Program-made: the position numbers and the translations under genes
In this document: positions 31,041 through 46,300 of the stretch, piece by piece
How the letters are laid out: every line of letters starts with the position of its first letter
How positions within the stretch are numbered: position 1 is the first letter of the stretch
Assembly: GCA_964057225.1 (NCBI GenBank)
Contig: OZ059896.1
Location: 3,658,001-3,722,000, forward strand
Length of the DNA: 64,000 nt
DNA from: Auanema rhodensis
Taxonomy: Eukaryota > Animalia > Nematoda
Direction of reading: 5' to 3'
Notes under the pieces: generated by a model
Told to the model about the DNA's origin: nothing
The model's input: only the letters and a program-made list of their open reading frames with translations
Database searches by the model: none

Positions 31041-34000
31041 GGGGAATCTAATTTTGAAAACCGCATCTCTTTATCTTTCACGTGAAGCGAGTTACATACC
31101 GAGTGCACATCACGTGTACATTTAATTAGCATAAATTAAAGTTCACGTAAATTTCAAAGTCATGGTTACCATGAACCAATATCAATAAAAATTTGTTTTT
31201 AGACTAATATGGACATGGGGAATCTAATTTTGAAAATCGCATCTCTTTATCTTTCACGTGAAGCGAGTTACATACCAAGTGCACATCACGTGTACATTTA
31301 ATTAGCATAAATTAAAGTTCACGTAAATTTCAAAGTCATGGTTACCATGAACCAATATCAATAAAAATTTGTTTTTAGACTAATATGGACATGGGGAATC
31401 TAATTTTGAAAATCGCATCTCTTTATCTTTCACGTGAAGCGAGTTACATATAAAGTGCACATCACGTGTACATTTAATTAGCATAAATTAAAGTTCACGT
31501 AAATTTCAAAGTCATGGTTACCATGCACCAATATTAATAAAAATTTGTTTTTAGATTAATATGGACATGGGGAATCTAATTTTGAAAACCGCATCTCTTT
31601 ATCTTTCACGTGAAGCGAGTTACATACCAAGTGCACATCACGTGTACATTTAATTAGCATAAATTAAAGTTCACGTAAATTTCAAAGTCATGGTTACCAT
31701 GCACCAATATCAATAAAAATTCGTTTTTAGACTAATTTGGACATGGGGATTCTAATTTTGAAAACCGCATCTCTTTATCTTTCACGTGAAGCGAGTTACA
31801 TACCGAGTGCACATCACGTGTACATTTAATTAGCATAAATTAAAGTTCACGTAAATTTCAAAGTCATGGTTACCATGAACCAATATCAATAAAAATTTGT
31901 TTTTAGACTAATATGGACATGGGGAATCTAATTTTGGAAACCGCATCTCTTTATTTTTCACGTGAAGCGAGTTACATACCAAGTGCACATCACGTGTACA
32001 TTTAATTAGCATAAATTAAAGTTCACGTAAATTTCAAAGTCATGGTTACCATGCACCAATATCAATAAAAATTTGTTTTTAGACTAATATGGACATGGGG
32101 AATCTAATTTTGAAAATCGCATCTCTTTATCTTTCACGTGAAGCGAGTTACATACCAAGTGCACATCACGTGTACATTTAATTAGCATAAATTAAAGTTC
32201 ACGTAAATTTCAAAGTCATGGTTACCATGAACCAATATCAATAAAAATTTGTTTTTAGACTAATATGGACATGGGGAATCTAATTTTGGAAACCGCATCT
32301 CTTTATTTTTCACGTGAAGCGAGTTACATATAAAGTGCACATCACGTGTACATTTAATTAGCATAAATTAAAGTTCACGTAAATTTCAAAGTCATGGTTA
32401 CCATGCACCAATATTAATAAAAATTTGTTTTTAGATTAATATGGACATGGGGAATCTAATTTTGAAAACCGCATCTCTTTATCTTTCACGTGAAGCGAGT
32501 TACATACCAAGTGCACATCACGTGTACACTTAATTAGCATAAATTAAAGTTCACGTAAATTTCAAAGTCATGGTTACCATGCACCAATATCAATAAAAAT
32601 TGGTTTTTAGACTAATATGGACATGGGGAATCTAATTTTGAAAACCGCATCTCTTTATCTTTCACGTGAAGCGAGTTACATACCAAGTGCACATCACGTG
32701 TACATTTAATTAGCATAAATTAAAGTTCACGTAAATTTCAAAGTCATGGTTACCATGAACCAATATCAATAAAAATTTGTTTTTAGACTAATATGGACAT
32801 GGGGAATCTAATTTTGAAAACCGCATCTCTTTATCTTTCACGTGAAGCGAGTTACATATAAAGTGCACATCACGTGTACATTTAATTAGCATAAATTAAA
32901 GTTCACGTAAATTTCAAAGTCATGGTTACCATGCACCAATATTAATAAAAATTTGTTTTTAGATTAATATGGACATGGGGAATCTAATTTTGAAAACCGC
33001 ATCTCTTTATCTTTCACGTGAAGCGAGTTACATACCAAGTGCACATCACGTGTACATTTAATTAGCATAAATTAAAGTTCACGTAAATTTCAAAGTCATG
33101 GTTACCATGCACCAATATCAATAAAAATTCGTTTTTAGACTAATTTGGACATGGGGAATCTAATTTTGAAAACCGCATCTCTTTATCTTTCACGTGAAGC
33201 GAGTTACATACCGAGTGCACATCACGTGTACATTTAATTAGCATAAATTAAAGTTCACGTAAATTTCAAAGTCATGGTTACCATGAACCAATATCAATAA
33301 AAATTTGTTTTTAGACTAATATGGACATGGGGAATCTAATTTTGGAAACCGCATCTCTTTATTTTTCACGTGAAGCGAGTTACATACCAAGTGCACATCA
33401 CGTGTACATTTAATTAGCATAAATTAAAGTTCACGTAAATTTCAAAGTCATGGTTACCATGAACCAATATCAATAAAAATTTGTTTTTAGACTAATATGG
33501 ACATGGGGAATCTAATTTTGAAAATCGCATCTCTTTATCTTTCACGTGAAGCGAGTTACATATAAAGTGCACATCACGTGTACATTTAATTAGCATAAAT
33601 TAAAGTTCACGTAAATTTCAAAGTCATGGTTACCATGCACCAATATTAATAAAAATTTGTTTTTAGATTAATATGGACATGGGGAATCTAATTTTGGAAA
33701 CCGCATCTCTTTATTTTTCACGTGAAGCGAGTTACATACCAAGTGCACATCACGTGTACATTTAATTAGCATAAATTAAAGTTCACGTAAATTTCAAAGT
33801 CATGGTTACCATGAACCAATATCAATAAAAATTTGTTTTTAGACTAATATGGACATGGGGAATCTAATTTTGAAAATCGCATCTCTTTATCTTTCACGTG
33901 AAGCGAGTTACATATAAAGTGCACATCACGTGTACATTTAATTAGCATAAATTAAAGTTCACGTAAATTTCAAAGTCATGGTTACCATGCACCAATATTA

Positions 34001-37000
34001 ATAAAAATTTGTTTTTAGATTAATATGGACATGGGGAATCTAATTTTGAAAACCGCATCTCTTTATCTTTCACGTGAAGCGAGTTACATACCAAGTGCAC
34101 ATCACGTGTACACTTAATTAGCATAAATTAAAGTTCACGTAAATTTCAAAGTCATGGTTACCATGCACCAATATCAATAAAAATTGGTTTTTAGACTAAT
34201 ATGGACATGGGGAATCTAATTTTGAAAACCGCATCTCTTTATCTTTCACGTGAAGCGAGTTACATACCAAGTGCACATCACGTGTACATTTAATTAGCAT
34301 AAATTAAAGTTCACGTAAATTTCAAAGTCATGGTTACCATGCACCAATATTAATAAAAATTTGTTTTTAGATTAATATGGACATGGGGAATCTAATTTTG
34401 AAAACCGCATCTCTTTATCTTTCACGTGAAGCGAGTTACATACCAAGTGCACATCACGTGTACACTTAATTAGCATAAATTAAAGTTCACGTAAATTTCA
34501 AAGTCATGGTTACCATGCACCAATATCAATAAAAATTTGTTTTTAGACTAATTTGGACATGGGGAATCTAATTTTGAAAACCGCATCTCTTTATCTTTCA
34601 CGTGAAGCGAGTTACATACCAAGTGCACATCACGTGTACACTTAATTAGCATAAATTAAAGTTCACGTAAATTTCAAAGTCATGGTTACCATGCACCAAT
34701 ATCAATAAAAATTGGTTTTTAGACTAATATGGACATGGGGAATCTAATTTTGAAAACCGCATCTCTTTATCTTTCACGTGAAGCGAGTTACACACCAAGT
34801 GCACATCACGTGTACATTTAATTAGCATAAATTAAAGTTCACGTAAATTTCAAAGTCATGGTTACCATGCACCAATATTAATAAAAATTTGTTTTTAGAT
34901 TAATATGGACATGGGGAATCTAATTTTGAAAACCGCATCTCTTTATCTTTCACGTGAAGCGAGTTACATACCAAGTGCACATCACGTGTACACTTAATTA
35001 GCATAAATTAAAGTTCACGTAAATTTCAAAGTCATGGTTACCATGCACCAATATCAATAAAAATTTGTTTTTAGACTAATTTGGACATGGGGAATCTAAT
35101 TTTGAAAACCGCATCTCTTTATCTTTCACGTGAAGCGAGTTACATACCAAGTGCACATCACGTGTACATTTAATTAGCATAAATTAAAGTTCACGTAAAT
35201 TTCAAAGTCATGGTTACCATGAACCAATATCAATAAAAATTTGTTTTAAGACTAATATGGACATGGGGAATCTAATTTTGGAAACCGCATTTCTTTATTT
35301 TTCACGTGAAGCGAGTTACATACCAAGTGCACATCACGTGTACATTTAATTAGCATAAATTAAAGTTCACGTAAATTTCAAAGTCATGGTTACCATGCAC
35401 CAATATCAATAAAAATTTGTTTTTAGACTAATATGGACATGGGGAATCTAATTTTGAAAATCGCATCTCTTTATCTTTCACGTGAAGCGAGTTACATACC
35501 AAGTGCACATCACGTGTACATTTAATTAGCATAAATTAAAGTTCACGTAAATTTCAAAGTCATGGTTACCATGCACCAATATCAATAAAAATTTGTTTTT
35601 AGACTAATATGGACATGGGGAATCTAATTTTGAAAATCGCATCTCTTTATCTTTCACGTGAAGCGAGTTATATACCAAGTGCACATCACGTGTACATTTA
35701 ATTAGCATAAATTAATGTTCACGTAAATTTCAAAGTCATGGTTACCATGAACCAATATCAATAAAAATTTGTTTTTAGACTAATATGGACATGGGGAATC
35801 TAATTTTGAAAACCGCATCTCTTTATCTTTCACGTGAAGCGAGTTACATATAAAGTGCACATCACGTGTACATTTAATTAGCATAAATTAAAGTTCACGT
35901 AAATTTCAAAGTCATGGTTACCATGCACCAATATTAATAAAAATTTGTTTTTAGATTAATATGGACATGGGGAATCTAATTTTGAAAACCGCATCTCTTT
36001 ATCTTTCACGTGAAGCGAGTTACATACCAAGTGCACATCACGTGTACACTTAATTAGCATAAATTAAAGTTCACGTAAATTTCAAAGTCATGGTTACCAT
36101 GCACCAATATCAATAAAAATTTGTTTTTAGACTAATATGGACATGGGGAATCTAATTTTGAAAATCGCATCTCTTTATCTTTCACGTGAAGCGAGTTACA
36201 TACCAAGTGCACATCACGTGTACATTTAATTAGCATAAATTAAAGTTCACGTAAATTTCAAAGTCATGGTTACCATGAACCAATATCAATAAAAATTTGT
36301 TTTTAGACTAATATGGACATGGGGAATCTAATTTTGAAAATCGCATCTCTTTATCTTTCACGTGAAGCGAGTTACATATAAAGTGCACATCACGTGTACA
36401 TTTAATTAGCATAAATTAAAGTTCACGTAAATTTCAAAGTCATGGTTACCATGCACCAATATTAATAAAAATTTGTTTTTAGACTAATATGGACATGGGG
36501 AATCTAATTTTGAAAACCGCATCTCTTTATCTTTCACGTGAAGCGAGTTACATACCAAGTGCACATCACGTGTACATTTAATTAGCATAAATTAAAGTTC
36601 ACGTAAATTTCAAAGTCATGGTTACCATGCACCAATATTAATAAAAATTTGTTTTTAGATTAATATGGACATGGGGAATCTAATTTTGAAAACCGCATCT
36701 CTTTATCTTTCACGTGAAGCGAGTTACATACCAAGTGCACATCACGTGTACATTTAATTAGCATAAATTAAAGTTCACGTAAATTTCAAAGTCATGGTTA
36801 CCATGCACCAATATCAATAAAAATTCGTTTTTAGACTAATTTGGACATGGGGAATCTAATTTTGAAAACCGCATCTCTTTATCTTTCACGTGAAGCGAGT
36901 TACATACCGAGTGCACATCACGTGTACATTTAATTAGCATAAATTAAAGTTCACGTAAATTTCAAAGTCATGGTTACCATGAACCAATATCAATAAAAAT

Positions 37001-37837
37001 TTGTTTTTAGACTAATATGGACATGGGGAATCTAATTTTGGAAACCGCATCTCTTTATTTTTCACGTGAAGCGAGTTACATACCAAGTGCACATCACGTG
37101 TACATTTAATTAGCATAAATTAAAGTTCACGTAAATTTCAAAGTCATGGTTACCATGCACCAATATCAATAAAAATTTGTTTTTAGACTAATATGGACAT
37201 GGGGAATCTAATTTTGAAAATCGCATCTCTTTATCTTTCACGTGAAGCGAGTTACATACCAAGTGCACATCACGTGTACATTTAATTAGCATAAATTAAA
37301 GTTCACGTAAATTTCAAAGTCATGGTTACCATGAACCAATATCAATAAAAATTTGTTTTTAGACTAATATGGACATGGGGAATCTAATTTTGAAAATCGC
37401 ATCTCTTTATCTTTCACGTGAAGCGAGTTACATATAAAGTGCACATCACGTGTACATTTAATTAGCATAAATTAAAGTTCACGTAAATTTCAAAGTCATG
37501 GTTACCATGCACCAATATTAATAAAAATTTGTTTTTAGATTAATATGGACATGGGGAATCTAATTTTGAAAACCGCATCTCTTTATCTTTCACGTGAAGC
37601 GAGTTACATACCAAGTGCACATCACGTGTACACTTAATTAGCATAAATTAAAGTTCACGTAAATTTCAAAGTCATGGTTACCATGCACCAATATCAATAA
37701 AAATTGGTTTTTAGACTAATATGGACATGGGGAATCTAATTTTGAAAACCGCATCTCTTTATCTTTCACGTGAAGCGAGTTACATACCAAGTGCACATCA
37801 CGTGTACATTTAATTAGCATAAATTAAAGTTCACGTA

Positions 37838-40301
37838 AATTTCAAAGTCATGGTTACCATGCACCAATATTAATAAAAATTTGTTTTTAGATTAATATGG
37901 ACATGGGGAATCTAATTTTGAAAACCGCATCTCTTTATCTTTCACGTGAAGCGAGTTACATACCAAGTGCACATCACGTGTACACTTAATTAGCATAAAT
38001 TAAAGTTCACGTAAATTTCAAAGTCATGGTTACCATGCACCAATATCAATAAAAATTTGTATTTAGACTAATTTGGACATGGGGAATCTAATTGTGAAAA
38101 CCGCATCTCTTTATCTTTCACGTGAAGCGAGTTACATACCAAGTGCACATCACGTGTACATTTAATTAGCATAAATTAAAGTTCACGTAAATTTCAAAGT
38201 CATGGTTACCATGAACCAATATCAATAAAAATTTGTTTTTAGACTAATATGGACATGGGGAATCTAATTTTGGAAACCGCATCTCTTTATTTTTCACGTG
38301 AAGCGAGTTACATACCAAGTGCACATCACGTGTACATTTAATTAGCATAAATTAAAGTTCACGTAAATTTCAAAGTCATGGTTACCATGCACCAATATCA
38401 ATAAAAATTTGTTTTTAGACTAATATGGACATGGGGAATCTAATTTTGAAAATCGCATCTCTTTATCTTTCACGTGAAGCGAGTTACATACCAAGTGCAC
38501 ATCACGTGTACATTTAATTAGCATAAATTAAAGTTCACGTAAATTTCAAAGTCATGGTTACCATGCACCAATATCAATAAAAATTTGTTTTTAGACTAAT
38601 TTGGACATGGGGAATCTAATTTTGAAAATCGCATCTCTTTATCTTTCACGTGAAGCGAGTTACATACCAAGTGCACATCACGTGTACATTTAATTAGCAT
38701 AAATTAATGTTCACGTAAATTTCAAAGTCATGGTTACCATGAACCAATATCAATAAAAATTTGTTTTTAAACTAATATGGACATGGGGAATCTAATTTTG
38801 AAAACCGCATCTCTTTATCTTTCACGTGAAGCGAGTTACATATAAAGTGCACATCACGTGTACATTTAATTAGCATAAATTAAAGTTCACGTAAATTTCA
38901 AAGTCATGGTTACCATGCACCAATATTAATAAAAATTGGTTTTTAGACTAATATGGACATGAGGAATCTAATTTTGAAAACCGCATCTCTTTATCTTTCA
39001 CGTGAAGCGAGTTACATACCAAGTGCACATCACGTGTACATTTAATTAGCATAAATTAAAGTTCACGTAAATTTCAAAGTCATGGTTACCATGCACCAAT
39101 ATTAATAAAAATTTGTTTTTAGATTAATATGGACATGGGGAATCTAATTTTGAAAACCGCATCTCTTTATCTTTCACGTGAAGCGAGTTACATACCAAGT
39201 GCACATCACGTGTACACTTAATTAGCATAAATTAAAGTTCACGTAAATTTCAAAGTCATGGTTACCATGCACCAATATCAATAAAAATTTGTATTTAGAC
39301 TAATTTGGACATGGGGAATCTAATTGTGAAAACCGCATCTCTTTATCTTTCACGTGAAGCGAGTTACATACCAAGTGCACATCACGTGTACATTTAATTA
39401 GCATAAATTAAAGTTCACGTAAATTTCAAAGTCATGGTTACCATGAACCAATATCAATAAAAATTTGTTTTTAGACTAATATGGACATGGGGAATCTAAT
39501 TTTGGAAACCGCATCTCTTTATTTTTCACGTGAAGCGAGTTACATACCAAGTGCACATCACGTGTACATTTAATTAGCATAAATTAAAGTTCACGTAAAT
39601 TTCAAAGTCATGGTTACCATGCACCAATATCAATAAAAATTTGTTTTTAGACTAATATGGACATGGGGAATCTAATTTTGAAAATCGCATCTCTTTATCT
39701 TTCACGTGAAGCGAGTTACATACCAAGTGCACATCACGTGTACATTTAATTAGCATAAATTAAAGTTCACGTAAATTTCAAAGTCATGGTTACCATGCAC
39801 CAATATCAATAAAAATTTGTTTTTAGACTAATTTGGACATGGGGAATCTAATTTTGAAAATCGCATCTCTTTATCTTTCACGTGAAGCGAGTTACATACC
39901 AAGTGCACATCACGTGTACATTTAATTAGCATAAATTAATGTTCACGTAAATTTCAAAGTCATGGTTACCATGAACCAATATCAATAAAAATTTGTTTTT
40001 AGACTAATATGGACATGGGGAATCTAATTTTGAAAACCGCATCTCTTTATCTTTCACGTGAAGCGAGTTACATATAAAGTGCACATCACGTGTACATTTA
40101 ATTAGCATAAATTAAAGTTCACGTAAATTTCAAAGTCATGGTTACCATGCACCAATATTAATAAAAATTGGTTTTTAGACTAATATGGACATGAGGAATC
40201 TAATTTTGAAAACCGCATCTCTTTATCTTTCACGTGAAGCGAGTTACATACCAAGTGCACATCACGTGTACATTTAATTAGCATAAATTAAAGTTCACGT
40301 A
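37838..40301 (+). repeat. Tandem duplication of a 7-monomer (1232-bp) block
   Basis: GTATTTAG 38061/39293, AATTGTG 38094/39326 and ATTAATGT 38708/39940 all recur at +1232. Confidence 0.9.
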
Positions 40302-43300
40302 AATTTCAAAGTCATGGTTACCATGCACCAATATCAATAAAAATTCGTTTTTAGACTAATTTGGACATGGGGAATCTAATTTTGAAAACCGCATCTCTTT
40401 ATCTTTCACGTGAAGCGAGTTACATACCGAGTGCACATCACGTGTACATTTAATTAGCATAAATTAAAGTTCACGTAAATTTCAAAGTCATGGTTACCAT
40501 GAACCAATATCAATAAAAATTTGTTTTTAGACTAATATGGACATGGGGAATCTAATTTTGGAAACCGCATCTCTTTATTTTTCACGTGAAGCGAGTTACA
40601 TACCAAGTGCACATCACGTGTACATTTAATTAGCATAAATTAAAGTTCACGTAAATTTCAAAGTCATGGTTACCATGCACCAATATCAATAAAAATTTGT
40701 TTTTAGACTAATATGGACATGGGGAATCTAATTTTGAAAATCGCATCTCTTTATCTTTCACGTGAAGCGAGTTACATACCAAGTGCACATCACGTGTACA
40801 TTTAATTAGCATAAATTAAAGTTCACGTAAATTTCAAAGTCATGGTTACCATGAACCAATATCAATAAAAATTTGTTTTTAGACTAATATGGACATGCGG
40901 AATCTAATTTTGAAAACCGCATCTCTTTATCTTTCACGTGAAGCGAGTTACATACCAAGTGCACATCACGTGTACACTTAATTAGCATAAATTAAAGTTC
41001 ACGTAAATTTCAAAGTCATGGTTACCATGCACCAATATCAATAAAAATTGGTTTTTAGACTAATATGGACATGGGGAATCTAATTTTGAAAACCGCATCT
41101 CTTTATCTCTCACGTGAAGCGAGTTACATACCAAGTGCACATCACGTGTACATTTAATTAGCATAAATTAAAGTTCACGTAAATTTCAAAGTCATGGTTA
41201 CCATGCACCAATATTAATAAAAATTTGTTTTTAGATTAATATGGACATGGGGAATCTAATTTTGAAAACCGCATCTCTTTATCTTTCACGTGAAGCGAGT
41301 TACATACCAAGTGCACATCACGTGTACACTTAATTAGCATAAATTAAAGTTCACGTAAATTTCAAAGTCATGGTTACCATGCACCAATATCAATAAAAAT
41401 TGGTTTTTAGACTAATATGGACATGGGGAATCTAATTTTGAAAACCGCATCTCTTTATTTTTCACGTGAAGCGAGTTACATACCAAGTGCACATCACGTG
41501 TACACTTAATTAGCATAAATTAAAGTTCACGTAAATTTCAAAGTCATGGTTACCATGCACCAATATCAATAAAAATTGGTTTTTAGACTAATATGGACAT
41601 GAGGAATCTAATTTTGGAAACCGCATCTCTTTATTTTTCACGTGAAGCGAGTTACATACCAAGTGCACATCACGTGTACACTTAATTAGCATAAATTAAA
41701 GTTCACGTAAATTTCAAAGTCATGGTTACCATGCACCAATATTAATAAAAATTTGTTTTTAGATTAATATGGACATGGGGAATCTAATTTTGAAAACCGC
41801 ATCTCTTTATCTTTCACGTGAAGCGAGTTACATACCAAGTGCACATCACGTGTACATTTAATTAGCATAAATTAAAGTTCACGTAAATTTCAAAGTCATG
41901 GTTACCATGCACCAATATCAATAAAAATTCGTTTTTAGACTAATTTGGACATGGGGAATCTAATTTTGAAAACCGCATCTCTTTATCTTTCACGTGAAGC
42001 GAGTTACATACCGAGTGCACATCACGTGTACATTTAATTAGCATAAATTAAAGTTCACGTAAATTTCAAAGTCATGGTTACCATGAACCAATATCAATAA
42101 AAATTTGTTTTTAGACTAATATGGACATGGGGAATCTAATTTTGGAAACCGCATCTCTTTATTTTTCACGTGAAGCGAGTTACATACCAAGTGCACATCA
42201 CGTGTACATTTAATTAGCATAAATTAAAGTTCACGTAAATTTCAAAGTCATGGTTACCATGCACCAATATCAATAAAAATTTGTTTTTAGACTAATATGG
42301 ACATGGGGAATCTAATTTTGAAAATCGCATCTCTTTATCTTTCAAGTGAAGCGAGTTACATACCAAGTGCACATCACGTGTACATTTAATTAGCATAAAT
42401 TAAAGTTCACGTAAATTTCAAAGTCATGGTTACCATGAACCAATATCAATAAAAATTTGTTTTTAGACTTATATGGACATGGGGAATCTAATTTTGAAAA
42501 TCGCATCTCTTTATCTTTCACGTGAAGCGAGTTACATATAAAGTGCACATCACGTGTACATTTAATTAGCATAAATTAAAGTTCACGTAAATTTCAAAGT
42601 CATGGTTACCATGAACCAATATCAATAAAAATTTGTTTTTAAACTAATATGGACATGGGGAATCTAATTTTGAAAACCGCATCTCTTTATCTTTCACGTG
42701 AAGCGAGTTACATACCAAGTGCACATCACGTGTACATTTAATTAGCATAAATTAAAGTTCACGTAAATTTCAAAGTCATGGTTACCATGAACCAATATCA
42801 ATAAAAATTTGTCTTTAGACTAATATGGACATGGGGAATCTAATTTTGGAAACCGCATCTCTTTATCTTTCACGTGAAGCGAGTTACATACCAAGTGCAC
42901 ATCACGTGTACATTTAATTAGCATAAATTAAAGTTCACGTAAATTTCAAAGTCATGGTTACCATGAACCAATATCAATAAAAATTTGTTTTTAGACTAAT
43001 ATGGACATGGGGAATCTAATTTTGAAAACCGCATCTCTTTATCTTTCACGTGAAGCGAGTTACATACCAAGTGCACATCACGTGTACATTTAATTAGCAT
43101 AAATTAAAGTTCACGTAAATTTCAAAGTCATGGTTACCATGCACCAATATCAATAAAAATTTGTTTTTAGACTAATATGGACATGGGGAATCTAATTTTG
43201 AAAATCGCATCTCTTTATCTTTCACGTGAAGCGAGTTACATATAAAGTGCACATCAGGTGTACATTTAATTAGCATAAATTAAAGTTCACGTAAATTTCA

Positions 43301-46300
43301 AAGTCATGGTTACCATGCACCAATATCAATAAAAATTTGTTTTTAGACTAATATGGACATGGGGAATCTAATTTTGAAAATCGCATCTCTTTATCTTTCA
43401 CGTGAAGCGAGTTACATACCAAGTGCACATCACGTGTACATTTAATTAGCATAAATTAAAGTTCACGTAAATTTCAAAGTCATGGTTACCATGAACCAAT
43501 ATCAATAAAAATTTGTTTTTAGACTAATATGGACATGGGGAATCTAATTTTGAAAATCGCATCTCTTTATCTTTCACGTGAAGCGAGTTACATATGAAGT
43601 GCACATCACGTGTACATTTAATTAGCATAAATTAAAGTTCACGTAAATTTCAAAGTCATGGTTACCATGCACCAATATTAATAAAAATTTGTTTTTAGAT
43701 TAATATGGACATGGGGAATCTAATTTTGAAAACCGCATCTCTTTATCTTTCACGTGAAGCGAGTTACATACCAAGTGCACATCACGTGTACATTTAATTA
43801 GCATAAATTAAAGTTCACGTAAATTTCAAAGTCATGGTTACCATGCACCAATATCAATAAAAATTCGTTTTTAGACTAATTTGGACATGGGGAATCTAAT
43901 TTTGAAAACCGCATCTCTTTATCTTTCACGTGAAGCGAGTTACATACCGAGTGCACATCACGTGTACATTTAATTAGCATAAATTAAAGTTCACGTAAAT
44001 TTCAAAGTCATGGTTACCATGAACCAATATCAATAAAAATTTGTTTTTAGACTAATATGGACACGGGGAATCTAATTTTGAAAACCGCATCTCTTTATCT
44101 TTCACGTGAAGCGAGTTACATACCAAGTGCACATCACGTGTACATTCAATTAGCATAAATTAAAGTTCACGTAAATTTCAAAGTCATGGTTACCATGAAC
44201 CAATATCAATAAAAATTTGTTTTTAGACTAATATGGACATGGGGAATCTAATTTTGAAAATCGCATCTCTTTATCTTTCACGTGAAGCGAGTTACATATA
44301 AAGTGCACATCACGTGTACATTTAATTAGCATAAATTAAAGTTCACGTAAATTTCAAAGTCATGGTTACCATGAACCAATATCAATAAAAATTTGTTTTT
44401 AAACTAATATGGACATGGGGAATCTAATTTTGAAAACCGCATCTCTTTATCTTTCACGTGAAGCGAGTTACATACCAAGTGCACATCACGTGTACATTTA
44501 ATTAGCATAAATTAAAGTTCACGTAAATTTCAAAGTCATGGTTACCATGCACCAATATCAATAAAAATTTGTTTTTAGACTAATATGGACATGGGGAATC
44601 TAATTTTGAAAATCGCATCTCTTTATCTTTCACGTGAAGCGAGTTACATATAAAGTGCACATCAGGTGTACATTTAATTAGCATAAATTAAAGTTCACGT
44701 AAATTTCAAAGTCATGGTTACCATGCACCAATATCAATAAAAATTTGTTTTTAGACTAATATGGACATGGGGAATCTAATTTTGAAAATCGCATCTCTTT
44801 ATCTTTCACGTGAAGCGAGTTACATACCAAGTGCACATCACGTGTACATTTAATTAGCATAAATTAAAGTTCACGTAAATTTCAAAGTCATGGTTACCAT
44901 GAACCAATATCAATAAAAATTTGTTTTTAGACTAATATGGACATGGGGAATCTAATTTTGAAAATCGCATCTCTTTATCTTTCACGTGAAGCGAGTTACA
45001 TATGAAGTGCACATCACGTGTACATTTAATTAGCATAAATTAAAGTTCACGTAAATTTCAAAGTCATGGTTACCATGCACCAATATTAATAAAAATTTGT
45101 TTTTAGATTAATATGGACATGGGGAATCTAATTTTGAAAACCGCATCTCTTTATCTTTCACGTGAAGCGAGTTACATACCAAGTGCACATCACGTGTACA
45201 TTTAATTAGCATAAATTAAAGTTCACGTAAATTTCAAAGTCATGGTTACCATGCACCAATATCAATAAAAATTTGTTTTTAGACTAATATGGACATGGGG
45301 AATCTAATTTTGAAAATCGCATCTCTTTATCTTTCACGTGAAGCGAGTTACATATAAAGTGCACATCACGTGTACATTTAATTAGCATAAATTAAAGTTC
45401 ACGTAAATTTCAAAGTCATGGTTACCATGAACCAATATCAATAAAAATTTGTTTTTAGACTAATATGGACATGGGGAATCTAATTTTGAAAATCGCATCT
45501 CTTTATCTTTCACGTGAAGCGAGTTACATATGAAGTGCACATCACGTGTACATTTAATTAGCATAAATTAAAGTTCACGTAAATTTCAAAGTCATGGTTA
45601 CCATGCACCAATATTAATAAAAATTTGTTTTTAGATTAATATGGACATGGGGAATCTAATTTTGAGAACCGCATCTCTTTATCTTTCACGTGAAGCGAGT
45701 TACATACCAAGTGCACATCACGTGTACATTTAATTAGCATAAATTAAAGTTCACGTAAATTTCAAAGTCATGGTTACCATGCACCAATATCAATAAAAAT
45801 TCGTTTTTAGACTAATTTGGACATGGGGAATCTAATTTTGAAAACCGCATCTCTTTATCTTTCACGTGAAGCGAGTTACATACCGAGTGCACATCACGTG
45901 TACATTTAATTAGCATAAATTAAAGTTCACGTAAATTTCAAAGTCATGGTTACCATGAACCAATATCAATAAAAATTTGTTTTTAGACTAATATGGACAT
46001 GGGGAATCTAATTTTGGAAACCGCATCTCTTTATTTTTCACGTGAAGCGAGTTACATACCAAGTGCACATCACGTGTACATTTAATTAGCATAAATTAAA
46101 GTTCACGTAAATTTCAAAGTCATGGTTACCATGCACCAATATCAATAAAAATTTGTTTTTAGACTAATATGGACATGGGGAATCTAATTTTGAAAATCGC
46201 ATCTCTTTATCTTTCACGTGAAGCGAGTTACATACCAAGTGCACATCACGTGTACATTTAATTAGCATAAATTAAAGTTCACGTAAATTTCAAAGTCATG

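Noticed and set aside
42390-42572. 60-aa minus-strand ORF
   Set aside because: Entirely satellite; it is open because of local variants such as the private A>T at 42470 removing a stop. 176 is not a multiple of 3, so no repeat protein results.
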